From NCBI GenBank assembly GCA_964016885.1, contig OZ024741.1, positions 113,646,001 to 113,710,000 of the forward strand: DNA of 64,000 bases. The letters run 5' to 3'. The position numbers and the translations under genes were made by a program. This document shows positions 1-11,625 of this stretch, one piece after another; the first letter of the stretch is position 1; each line of letters opens with the position of its first letter. The notes beneath the pieces were generated by a model, which searched no databases, was not told the DNA's origin, and saw only the letters and a program-made list of their open reading frames with translations. The stretch is from Eledone cirrhosa (Eukaryota).

Positions 1-93
1 TATATATATGTATGTGTGTATATATATATATATATATATGTATCATCATCATCATCATCATCATCAGGTTTAGCGTCCGTGTTCCACGCTTGC

Positions 94-181
<88 letters not shown>

Positions 182-244
182 CATCATTCATCATCATTTC
201 ATTTTACGTCCGCTTTTTCCCTGCTTGCAAGGGTGGGACGGGAA

Positions 245-286
<42 letters not shown>

Positions 287-319
287 ATATATATATATAT
301 ACATATATGTATGTGTATA

Positions 320-380
<61 letters not shown>

Positions 381-382
<2 letters not shown>

Positions 383-592
383 CGAAGGAGTTGTGGTAAG
401 GAACCAGATGGACCATAACGCACCAAAGTACTCAATACTTAAGGTAGTAGAGTGGGTAATAGGAACGAGTAGGACCCCGACGGCTGAGCTCAAGCCGTTT
501 CGACGGCTAATTCTGGACTAAATGAAAATTTTTATCCTGGATAAAAATTTTCATTTAGTCCAGAATTAGTGTCGGGGTCCTACTCGTTCCTA
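381..592 (-). mobile_element. (TA)n-flanked fold-back element carrying the 3' half of a hammerhead ribozyme
   Basis: Arms 460-481/571-592 and 507-537/539-569. Minus strand reads GAAA-CGGC-loop-GCCG-UC-GGGGUCC (501-472). A second copy lies at 40817-40918 in opposite orientation. Confidence 0.7.
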
Positions 593-773
593 TATATATA
601 TATATATATATACATATATGTATGTGTATATATACATATATATATATATGTAGAACCTCATCTATATTAAAACTATATACATATATATATGTGTGTATGT
701 GTGTATATGTATATGTGTGTATATATATATATGTATGTGTGTTTGTGTGTATATATATATGTGTGTGTATATG

Positions 774-805
<32 letters not shown>

Positions 806-932
806 ATATATATATATGTATGTGTATATGTATATATATATATGTATATATTTGTGTATGTGCATTTATGTATTTTGTATATGTGTATATTTATATGTAT
901 ATATATGTGTGTGTATATATATATATATATAT

Positions 933-1610
933 GTAGAAGTTAATATGTCCAGGGATACTAGGTACCCCTAGAAATACATAGGTTGTCTATGATTCAAGGT
1001 TGTTCAATGGTGTTAATTTGATACACCAGAACTATAATATTAAGATAAGCAGAACAAGTAAAATTCAATCAATTTTTCAAAATACATTAAAAAATATAAT
1101 ATAAATATTTACCTCTCCTAGTGGCCCTTACTGATCAGTTTCGCATTAACACCATTGAACAACCTTGAATCATAGACAACCTATGTATTTCTAGGGGTAC
1201 CTAGTATCCATGGACATATTAACTTCTACCTTTTTCTCCGTCCATTGAGAACAATCCTGTTGCTCTACTTGGCTGCTATTTTTTTAGTAGTAATTGTAGA
1301 CAGCAAGTCTTTGATTTTCCCGCTTTTACTTTGGTCCAGTTTACATACGGGTCAATTTTACGACCTTTCAGACCTTTATTAGCTGGCAGGAGGTTGTATA
1401 TTTTGTCGTTCCTGGGACGTTTAGCCCTAGGAAGGGAAAATGCTTCTCTGATGAGCTTTGGTTTTCCATCATAAATCCATCGGATTTATGAGGTTTTACA
1501 AAGCGAAACTGATCAGTAAGGGCCACTAGGAGAGGTAAATATTTATATTATATTTTTTAATGTATTTTGAAAAATTGATTGAATTTTACTTGTTCTGCTT
1601 ATCTTAATAT
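933..1610 (+). mobile_element. Non-autonomous PLE/retrozyme-like element (family D), ~485-nt unit plus an inverted permuted copy
   Basis: 933-1017 is the reverse complement of 1145-1229, and 1037-1144 of 1503-1610. (TA)n lies on both flanks; internal HHR; no ORF. Confidence 0.8.
1443..1523 (+). ncRNA. Type I hammerhead ribozyme with extended stem II
   Basis: CUGAUGA 1448-1454; GCUUUG/CAAAGC stem II enclosing a further hairpin; GAAA 1505-1508; palindromic CUGAUCAG; UA; short wobble-rich stem I. Confidence 0.8.
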
Positions 1611-1643
1611 ATATATATATATGTATATATGTATATATATATA

Positions 1644-1704
<61 letters not shown>

Positions 1705-1799
1705 GTGTATATGTATATATATATATATTTATATGTATATATGTGTATATATATATTTATATATATATGTATATATGTGTGTGTGTATGTAAATGTGTC

Positions 1800-2300
1800 T
1801 GTTGACACCTGGAATATAGCTTAAGAGAAACATGACAATAATGATATGATAGGCACCCAATATTTTGAACTGGTTTATAGAATTCTCTTGGCTTTTGTCA
1901 TTCTTAGTAGAGCTTTAAAGAATTAGCTTTTAAAGAATTTCCCTTTTCTTTAAATCTATCAACCATGACCGACCCCCAACCATCTTATAGACACCTGAAA
2001 TATAGGCATTGTTAGCTGAAGAGAAACTTAAAAATAAGGAGTGGCACCCCAATCTGAACTTGTTTATAGAATTCTTTCTGCCTTTGTCACTCTAAATATA
2101 AATTATAGCCTTAAAGAATTAGCTTTTAATGAATTCCCTTTTCTTTCAACCAATGACCTCCACCCATCCCACTCCTCACCCTCTCCAACCACCTGAAAAG
2201 ACATAAATACCACAACCTTTATTTTGGAAAGCCAGATTCCTGATGATTTCTAAAGAATTAAACAGTTCTAGTCCTGTAGAATCTCATCTATATTAAAACT
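1800..2300 (+). mobile_element. HHR-bearing element family C, with an internal diverged ~190-bp duplication
   Basis: 3' part is homologous to 25441-25520, 51300-51425, 63140-63188 and 650-676. It ends in (TA)n. 1851-2010 resembles 2043-2200. Confidence 0.65.
2234..2284 (+). ncRNA. Hammerhead ribozyme, family C (GAAA mutated to UAAA)
   Basis: AGAUUC-CUGAUGA-uUUC..GAAu-UAAA-CAG(uucuaguc)CUG-UA-GAAUCU; perfect 6-bp stem I. Confidence 0.7.
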
Positions 2301-2427
2301 ATATATATATATATATAATAAAAAAGAAAATTTCGCTCTACAAGGCTGAATACAATAAATGTAATCTGAGTTTTTCGAATATTAAGTGGATCTCCTAATA
2401 TGCAGATCTTACTGATTAGCCAGTCTG

Positions 2428-2503
2428 CTAATATGCAAATCAGGCCGATCAGTCACTGTGTATTTTTGAAAATAGCATATATTTTCACTAGCTTTGGCAG
2501 GTG
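2428..2503 (+). promoter_or_regulatory. Putative octamer + TATA-like promoter cassette upstream of the family A HHR
   Basis: ATGCAAAT 2433-2440, GAAAATAGCATATATTTTC 2468-2486, TGGCAGGTG 2495-2503. Same order and spacing as in family B (27014-26938, minus). Confidence 0.5.
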
Positions 2504-2511
2504 ACCAGTGA

Positions 2512-2557
2512 GCTATACTAATGAAGGGTGATACCCAGAAACATTAGTGTCTGCAGT
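2512..2557 (+). ncRNA. Hammerhead ribozyme, family A (core mutated to CUAAUGA in this copy)
   Basis: GCUAUA-CUAAUGA-aGGGU..ACCCa-GAAA-CAUUAGUG-UC-UGCAGU. The sister copy at 62841-62878 has an intact CUGAUGA. Confidence 0.7.
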
Positions 2558-2714
2558 TATGTTTGCATGCCACATAAGAGCTAGAATGAAGTGTTCATTC
2601 TACTGACATGGCTATAAATTTGAGGCTTGTTTGCATAATTGCAAATGAATCGAATGTTATTATTAATATTCGAAAAACTCAGATTACATTTATTATATAT
2701 ATATATTTATATAT

Positions 2715-3303
2715 AGTTTTAGGCATTATGCCTTAGGGGCACACTAAGAAGGTTGAAGTCGAGAAGAAGGGGAGGAGTTTTTATAACAACCATATGTTAA
2801 GTATCTTAGTATCATTTCATTTTCATTTCATTTTACGTCCGCTTTTCCCTGCTTGCAAGGGTGGGACGGGAACTGATACTGGCTTGATTTCTACAGCTGG
2901 ATGCCCTTCCTAACACCAACCTCATTTACAGTGAGTGCTGGGTGCTTTTTTGCCGTGGCACCTACACGACCACTTTGCAGTGGAATGATAAGGACCTCAG
3001 TCCCTAGCATCTCATTTCTACAGCTGAGTAAACTGGAGCAATGTGAAATAAAGTGTCTTGCTCAAGGAAACAACACACCACCCGGTCTGAGAATTGAACT
3101 CACAACCTTTCGATTGCAAGGCCAATGCTCTAACCACTAAGCCATGTGCCTTAGTATATACATATATATTTATATTTACTAAAATTATAAATTGTTTCAT
3201 TACTAAGATAGTAACTTAACATATGGTTGTTCTAAAAAAAACCCTTCCCTACTTCTCAACTTCAATCTTCTTAGTGTATCCCTAAGGCATAATGTCTAAA
3301 ACT
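2715..3303. repeat. Diverged ~100-bp inverted repeat split by a SINE
   Basis: 2715-2811 matches the reverse complement of 3201-3303. Confidence 0.7.
2812..3151 (-). mobile_element. tRNA-derived SINE (family 1) with RTE-type 3' end
   Basis: A box TGGCTTAGTGG, B box GAGTTCAATTC; 3' GGAAGGGCATCC...CGGACGTAAAATG tail; many near-identical copies in the window. Confidence 0.9.
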
Positions 3304-4120
3304 CATTTGCATCACTTTGATCAATGGAAATACACAACATAATTCTCTGCAATTCATTCTAAAGAAGACAATGAAATGTGAAATATTTTTAATGATGATA
3401 GTGATTAACCCTTTTAATACAAACCACCGGAGACTGCCCAGGATTCTATGATATAAAATAGCTTATTTCGTATTGTATATATTCAAATTAAAACCTTTCT
3501 TCATAATTTTATGTAAGAAGATTTTGTTAAATTATGTTTGAAGCACAAGTTTAATAATGATAAAGTTAGGTACTTTACTAAATAAATCAAAATTTGGGGT
3601 TATTTTCAAAATTATTTGAAACAAAATTGCAATGCTTTTCATTAAAAATATAACGGCCATCAATTTAAAGGGCAGGGGAAAGTCAATTAAATCAACCCTA
3701 ATGAGTTACTTGTCCTTTATTTTATCGACCCGTATGGATGAAAGGCATAACTAACCTCAGCAGGATTTGAAATCAGAATGTATAGGGCTGTAACTGTATG
3801 CCACAAAGCATATTGTCTGATGCTCTATCGATAACAACTGTTCACAATATAAAAAGGATCATTTATTTTGTTGCCAAACAAAGAATCAGCTAGTCAAAGA
3901 CATTACAACCTCCTTAATGTTGGTGCCATAATAAAATACACATAGTAGAATGCAGTAATGTATGTGAGATGTAGACCCCCAGCCCATCTGAGAGGTCAGT
4001 AGGTCCACTTGAGTACTGACTCAGTTGGTGAAAACCCATCCAACCCTTGCTATCTGGGAAGATGGATGTTAAATATTGATGATGATAATGGTCTTGAATA
4101 TATTTGTGCCTCATTATCAG

Positions 4121-4304
4121 TGGATTGGCAGTATCGGTAGAGGGTCGGATGCCATGCTTTGTAGCACAGTTACGTCCCTTTACGAACTGAGTTCAAATCC
4201 CGCCGAGGTTAACTTTGCCTTTCATCCTTACGGGGTCGATAAAATAAAGTACCAATAATACACTGGGATAATTGCTGGCCTTGTGCCAAAAAGTAGAAAC
4301 AATT
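4121..4304 (+). mobile_element. SINE family 2 (GCCTTTCATCC...GGGGTCGATAAA central domain, resembling the Meta-type SINE core)
   Basis: B box GAGTTCAAATCC. Further copies near 3655-3830, 29688-29865, 33690-33855, 37372-37560, 46080-46242, 47980-48177, 48185-48320 and 62633-62840. Confidence 0.8.
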
Positions 4305-4306
4305 AT

Positions 4307-4693
4307 ATAATAACTTTAACGGTTTCCCAGTTGGATGATTTTCAATTGTTAAATGTAATGGAGAGATGTATGGTTATGCCAGGATGTGTCTCGCATCTGA
4401 TAGTATGGGAATTTTATTTTCATTTTATGCAAAAAATATGGCTCAGATTACTATCTGTTTAAAATGCAACTGAATTGATTGTGGAAGGTACCATGATTAG
4501 GTATAGAGTTTGCTGTAGGTTTTTTGTACTAAAAATTGATGATCATGTGATTAGCAATAGAATTTTGTTGTAGATGTTGTGCCAAAAGGAGGAGGAGGAG
4601 TAGATGATATAAGATAGACTGGCATAACCATACATCCCTCCATTACATTTAACAATTGAAAATCATCCACTGGGAAACCGTTAAAGTTATTAT
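4307..4693. repeat. 76-bp inverted repeat with (TAA)/(ATT) outer ends
   Basis: 4307-4382 matches the reverse complement of 4619-4693. Confidence 0.8.
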
Positions 4694-7319
4694 TAATAAA
4701 TCTTCTTAAAGACTCTAATTGCATTTTCAACTTCTTTTTCCTATTTTTTTATATGTGAGTGATATGACAAATCCTTACTTCTATATACATACATAAATCC
4801 TTACTTTTATATTTATACATAAATCCTTACTTTTATATTTATACATAAATCCTTACTTTTATATATACATATTATGTCTTCATTACGTTTATTGAGTAGT
4901 GACGCGCATTTCACTATTGATCAGATCATTGTTCGATCTGTATCGATCTAGCCTGACTCAAAGTTTCAGCCTAGTCACTTAATCTGGTAACCAGATGAAG
5001 CAACCAAGCTGAAACTTTGAAGTCACTGGCATTCTTCTGCATGAAAAATAAGATTTACACTCTCCCTACTATAACTGAGTCTTCATTCAGTTGATATGTA
5101 AATGCTTTCAATACTGAGATATTTTAAACGTGTGTGTGAGTATATATATATATATATACACACACACACATATATGTAATACATACATATGGTTATATAT
5201 GTACATATGTCTGCCTTTGTATTGTTTCTTAGTTTCTTAGTCTGCTTCTTTCAGTTTTTACTTATTTATTGATTTTAATTTCTCTCTTTCCATCTCTCTC
5301 TGTCTTTCTCCATCTCTCTCTCTTTGGCTCTCTCTCTCTCTCTCTCTCTTTCCGTCTCTCTCTCTCTCTCCCTCTCTTCTAATTCTTCCAATTCTCATGT
5401 CATGCATATCAGGGCAATAACCCTCATTTCCTCTCTGGCCATAATTTGTATGCATTTCCTGTCATAGAAGAAGTAACAGAGCAAGCAGAGACAGGAATGG
5501 TGGGGGGGGGGGGGGTATCTGTATAGACACTTCACCAATGGCTATCTGTTCAGTTGCATCTCTCCTCTATTGTTTATCCCTATTTCATTATATTTACCTT
5601 TCTATTTTACTTTATTTCACTTCTTTGTATTTCATTCTTTTATTGGTTCTAGTCATTAGACAGGGGCTTTGCTTTGTTTTGTCAAGTCAGGGACTTACTT
5701 TATCAAACACTTTTTGTTGTACCTTTAACAGATACAGTACATAAACAAACAGTAAGCATAAACTCAGATACGAACACATACACACATACAAACATATATA
5801 TAATCATCATCATACACACATACATACATGTGTGTGTATATATATATACATGTGTGTGTGTACATGTATGTATATATATGTATATATATGTAATATATGT
5901 ATATAGATATATGTATGTGTGTGTGTCTGTGCGTATGTATATAGATATATGTATGTGTATGTATATGTATATATGTATGTATATATATGTATGTGTATGT
6001 ATATATATATATGTATGTATGTATATATATATATATGTGTGTATGTTTGTATATATATATGTTGGTTGATTGAAATGAATGAACAAAACACAGGAGGCAG
6101 TTGTACACAGTTATATTACATCTATGTTTGGTGGAAGTGGAGGTTTCAATGTTTCAGATATAAGTCCTTCATTAGGAAAGTATGTATGTATGTATGTATG
6201 TAATATATATATATACATCTGTATATGCATACACACATATACATCTATATATATGCATACACACATATACATCTATATATATGCATACACACATATACAT
6301 CTATAAATATGCATACATACATATACATATATATATATATATACATACATATACATATATATATACATACATATATGCATCTATATAGGTATCTATCTAT
6401 ATATATATATATAGATATATATATCAAATGGAACAAAACCGTATAACCCATGCTAGCGTGGAAGATGGCCGTTAAACGATGATGATGATGATGATGGAAC
6501 ATCATCATCATCACAAATATATATATTTATTTGTTTATATATAAAATCATACATGCATATACTCCCACACATATATACATATATATTTATATATTGGTAG
6601 TGTACCATATGTCTGTTTATCCATTGCTATCTACTTATCTATCTATCTATCTATCTCCCTCTCTCTCTATATAAATATGTATGTATTATATATGTCACAC
6701 ATACATACACACACACACACGTACATATATATAGACAGTCATATGTACATATTGATCTGCATACATAGATACACATATATGTACACTATGTATACATACA
6801 AAACATACATACATACATACACTTGCATATTCTTTTCTCTATGTATTAGCCCTATCCAACCCAAACCTACTACTTACATACTTTATCAACATAAACTCTG
6901 TTCCATTGAAAAATTCTATCTCATCAGAAATTTTGGAATAGATTTTTTTAAAAGTTTGTCTTCAATGAAATTTCAGAGTTTCCAATAATTATAGCTGTTT
7001 CCTTGTAAATGATTCAAGGAAAACAACAGTCTTGTTAATTCTCTATAATAATCTTGAATATAAAAATTTTCTTTTACACTGCCGGTCATTATTACTATAG
7101 TGAAACCTATAATCTAGTTGGAACATTCCAGAGTGAAATGCTTGAAAGAATTCAAAAGAATTCCAATACTTTCTAGTATTTCTCTTTCCCCACTGCTCTC
7201 CTCTCTCAAACAGGTTCCCACGCACACACACTCTCTCTCTCTCTCTCACATATATATGCACATACATTTAAGTATATATATATCCTCATTACTGTGTTAC
7301 ATCTATTTTCTATGCTTGA

Positions 7320-7361
<42 letters not shown>

Positions 7362-8189
7362 ATATATATATTTATATATATATATATATACACACACATA
7401 TACATATATAAACATATACACATGCGCACACAGACACACACACACACACACACACACACAGTTACGTAACATATATATATAATTATTTGTATACATTTTA
7501 AACAAAGCTATATCATTTCCACTTCATGATACTTGTCTCTTGTCTATGTCCAGAAACACACTATTGAATTCAAACCTTCCAAACACTCTAAATTATATCC
7601 TCTTGCTTGCTGCTATCTGTATAGAAAGCAGATTATACCACAAACAGAACAAATCACATAACTCAGTTTATTTCTAATCTGTATTACTTTCCAGACTATA
7701 TTTGTATATCTTATCATCACCATTGTTTTAACCCTTTCATTAACGTATTTCTAACAAAAGATGCTGTCTATGATTTTCAAATTATTTTGAAAATGGTCAA
7801 GAATTTGAAAAGATTTATTAATATAACATTCTTAAACTGGTGTTTGAAACATAACTTAACAAAAGTTCTTACATGAAATTATAATGGAAGCTTTCCAGAT
7901 AAATATATACAGTTTAACCCTTTCATTACCATTTTTCTAGTAAACGACACTGTCTATGATTTTCGAATAATTTTGAAAATAAAAAAGACTTTCAATGGGT
8001 TTAGTAATATTACTAACTTTATAATTTTATGATGGAAGGTTTTAATGTAAGTATGAAATTTTCAAATGAGCAGTGGTGCATTATAAAACTTGGGTGGTCT
8101 CAGGTGGGTTGGTATCAAAAGAATTAAGCTGATGTTTGGAATATAACAAAGGTTTTTTCATAAAACGTTTCTTTTTTCTCCCTGACTAA

Positions 8190-8460
8190 TCATCATCACC
8201 ATCATATGTTTGCTTTTCCAAGCTTGCATTGATTGGATGGGTCCTCTCCAGCACAACTTCACTTCTTCATCCTCTCCTCTATGAGGTTTAGTATTTTGAA
8301 ATCAGCATTAACCACCTCAGCCCAGGTCTTTCTCTGTCTATTATAACTGCAGCTTTCTTCCATCAGCATCACCTGGCACTTCTTTACCCAGCATTCCTCA
8401 TCTATATGCATCATATGTCCAAACCAGTGCAGTTTTCTCTCTCATACTGCACTTATCTTA
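8190..8460 (-). mobile_element. Old RTE LINE 3' fragment
   Basis: (CAT)n tail; reverse strand gives a degenerate RKLHWFGHMMHIDEECWVKKC, matching the RTE C-terminus. Confidence 0.65.
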
Positions 8461-9650
8461 CTACCCTGAATAGAATTGTTTCATTGTTCTGTAAGACAGA
8501 ATTGTAAATGTGTTACTTCAGAAGATAGTGAAGGAGATGCACCAAAAGTGTTAGTCCAATTCTCAGGGATCAATCATGTGGATGGCTGTCCCTATCTCAT
8601 TTGCAGTAGAAAGAGAGGATGCCAAATGTTTCCACTGTGATGAGATATCATAAACCCACTAAATTCTTGATTATTTTCCAAATTATTTGAAATAATTTTA
8701 AGCAGTGTCTTTCATTTTAAATATAGTAATAAAAGGATTAAACTCTTGCTTCAACTTCTCATACACGCATGATGACACACACACACATATAGTTTGTCCA
8801 TACAAGTGTCCATACATATGTACTCATACATACAGATTTACATCCGTAAATATATACATACACACAGAGATAGCCTTAGAAGTTTAGTACAAAATGTGTT
8901 GATAAAATGAAATTAGCATTGTATATACATCTGCTAAACAGACAGATAGCATGCACAGCAACACACAATTTGCCATTACCATCACTAGCAATATTTTATA
9001 AGAATCTTACAAATAGAATATTCCGAAAGATTCAACGCTTTAGTCCTGATAAGTTTCTGAATTTCTACATTCCAATGTTACTCACATAAGAACACTGCTT
9101 TCATACAAACATGGTGGTTCAATAAAACAGATGTATGATGGTTAACAAATATGAATTATTTGTGTTTGTGTGTTTAAGCATAAATATCAACAACTTATAC
9201 CATCACTGCCTTAATGATATATCCCTGGAGAATGCTCACTGGTGTGCAGAACTCCAAAACACGGTAGTGAAGCTAGAGTTAAAGTCTATATAAAACTCTG
9301 AAAATCACAAGCTCACCAGACGAGAACTTATCCCAATGCCATTGTCTTTTAGTGATCGAGAGTACAAGATCCCCTTATGGCATGACTTCCATTTATTGCA
9401 GAGTTAGTGCTGTTCCTAATTTTTCTTTTAACTGAGTAAACTGAAGCATGTGAAATGAAATGAATTGCTGAAGAAAACACGTTTCCATGTCCAAAAATCA
9501 AACCCACATTGAAAACCAAGTCATTCTGATAGTTGACAACATCTCCCAATCACTTAAGTCATTAAGCTCCCAGAATATTGATTCTCTCTCTCTCTCTCTC
9601 TCGATTTATGTTCTTTCTCCAACCTGCCTTCTATCCCGTCTCTCTCCATA

Positions 9651-9689
<39 letters not shown>

Positions 9690-9919
9690 CTATGCCTCTT
9701 TCTCTATTCCATATCCCTCTCTTTACACCTCTCTAGTTCCCTTTTCCTTTACCCCACTCTCTCTACTCCCCTCTTTCTTCTACTGAAACTACAAATCCTC
9801 TGATCTACCCATGTAAAATGATGATGAGGATATATATGTATGTATACTTTCACAATGAATATTGTAGTATGGCAAAAATAAACTCTCCATGTTCTCTATC
9901 TCTATCTCTTTCCCTCTCT

Positions 9920-9953
<34 letters not shown>

Positions 9954-10089
9954 GGTGGGGATAAAAACCCAACCACACCACCAAGCGATTTCAGCTTGTA
10001 TTCAGGTTTTACCTTCCTCTATACCCACTCTGCTTCTTCCCATGCATAGAGTACTCCGTGATTTGTGGTCTTCCCAGTCTCAGCACTGA

Positions 10090-10120
<31 letters not shown>

Positions 10121-10121
<1 letters not shown>

Positions 10122-10373
10122 AATGGAATAGAATGAAACGAAATTTCATTTCTCACTCTTAGTATGGCAGTTACTTAAATGTAAGTATGTACTGTATGTA
10201 TGTATACAGACGTACAGTAGTATGTATATATATACATACATGCACACATATATATATGCACCACGTATTGGTTTACCGAACATTTATAATAATGCTCGGT
10301 GTGTTTATAAACAAACAAACAGCCCGAATTACGCTGTACAGTGTTTAGGCAACCACGTCACCTTTCTGTTCAA
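10121..10373 (-). mobile_element. Diverged fragment of family B
   Basis: Aligns to 27060-27315 and continues into 26850-26876; (TA)n on both sides. Confidence 0.7.
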
Positions 10374-10436
10374 TATATATATATAATCATTGTATGAAGC
10401 CGCATTTTCGACTTTTGAAGCACTGAGAATATCTGC

Positions 10437-10598
10437 ATATACATAAGTATAAAGAGAGTGCTCAAGCACAGAAATGCTATAAAGATAGATTATAAAATAG
10501 GGTGAACATCCTTAAAAGATGGAAAAAGAAGTTGCCAATGGCTATAAGCTATCTTTATAGCATTTTTGCTCTTGAGCATTTCTTTATACTTGTGTGTG
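10437..10598. repeat. ~50-bp inverted repeat in a TA-flanked insert
   Basis: 10437-10488 matches the reverse complement of 10549-10598. Confidence 0.65.
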
Positions 10599-11324
10599 TA
10601 TATATATATATATATACACACATGTACACATACATATAAACAGTTTTCCAAGAGGTGGCAAAATGAATAGACCTGTTTTTTTTCTCAGAGAAATCTTTTC
10701 TATGTCTGCCCCTGCTCACTCTCTGCTATCTTTCTATTTCTTCTCTAATTTCTCATTCTATTTTCTGATGAAGGACTAGCATCTGCAACATTAAGACTTG
10801 TCCTTACTATATTAAACATGAGACTAATATATCTTCAGTGAACTTCGTCTGTTGTGGTTTTCCATTTAATTTTCACACACACACACACACGCACACGCAC
10901 ACGCACACACATATATATATTATATATATAGGAAATAAATTTCAGGTATCAGCTATTTATAGGCACCTTCCAGTTTTTGTATTGTAGGGTGGATGTGCAT
11001 GTAGCAAAAGGGTAAGGCAACTTACTGGTCTTATTGTAGTCAATTAAAGTCTTTATCACTAATACTTAATTGATGTCAGTTGTGTTGTCATGGAATATAT
11101 ATTAATTCTATATGGATAATCAGTGGCATTTTAAATATACACATTAATAGAAAAACATGGCACAAATATTCACTTTTGATTACTGGAAAGTTTTACATGT
11201 GTTTCAATGCGTTACATAAGCAGCCTATGAAATCTACACTGCTCGATAATACTCTTCAGAGAAAATCCTGGGAAAAATGATGTTAAAAGTGCATAAAGTC
11301 ATGCTTATATAGAAGTTCCGACAC

Positions 11325-11625
11325 ACATCATCATCATCATCTGTCTCTTGACTTCTGTAGTTATCGGGGGGGGGGGGGATCCTACTGCAGAAGAAGCACA
11401 CACTCTAAATAGTTTATCAGCCGTCAACTAATCTGGTGTAGTCATTTGCGTCCATTCTTTGACATTGCCCAACCAGTTTTTGCGTTGGCATCCCCTCCTG
11501 CGTCCACCTTAAACGGTGCCTTGCATGATGGTCTTGCACAGGCTGTCATGTGTGATGTGGCCAAACCATGCTAGTTTCTTCCTCTTGACAGTGGTGAAGA
11601 GAGGTTCCTGGTGACCCACAAAACT
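11325..11625 (-). mobile_element. RTE (BovB-like) LINE 3' fragment
   Basis: Reverse strand encodes KRRKLAWFGHITHDSLCKTIMQGTV..GRRRG.QRKNW; (CAT)n tail. Confidence 0.75.

Larger units (their letters stand above)
2320..2695 (+). mobile_element. HHR-bearing element family A with inverted 3' end and ~30-nt tail
   Basis: 2353-2384 is inverted relative to 2663-2694, with an extra tail at 2320-2352. (TA)n flanks. Second copy at 62497-63013. Confidence 0.8.

Noticed and set aside
12-943. Many ORFs rich in YI/CV/HT repeats (also near 5674-6514, 18330-18978 and 46992-47930)
   Set aside because: Translations of (TA)n/(CA)n microsatellites, which lack stop codons.
4619-4693. Hammerhead in the 76-bp inverted repeat
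   Set aside because: The core would need several substitutions and stem I does not pair.
6111-6179. AG...GT-bounded candidate exon
   Set aside because: Weak acceptor, the donor is the start of a (GTAT)n repeat, and there is no aminopeptidase similarity.
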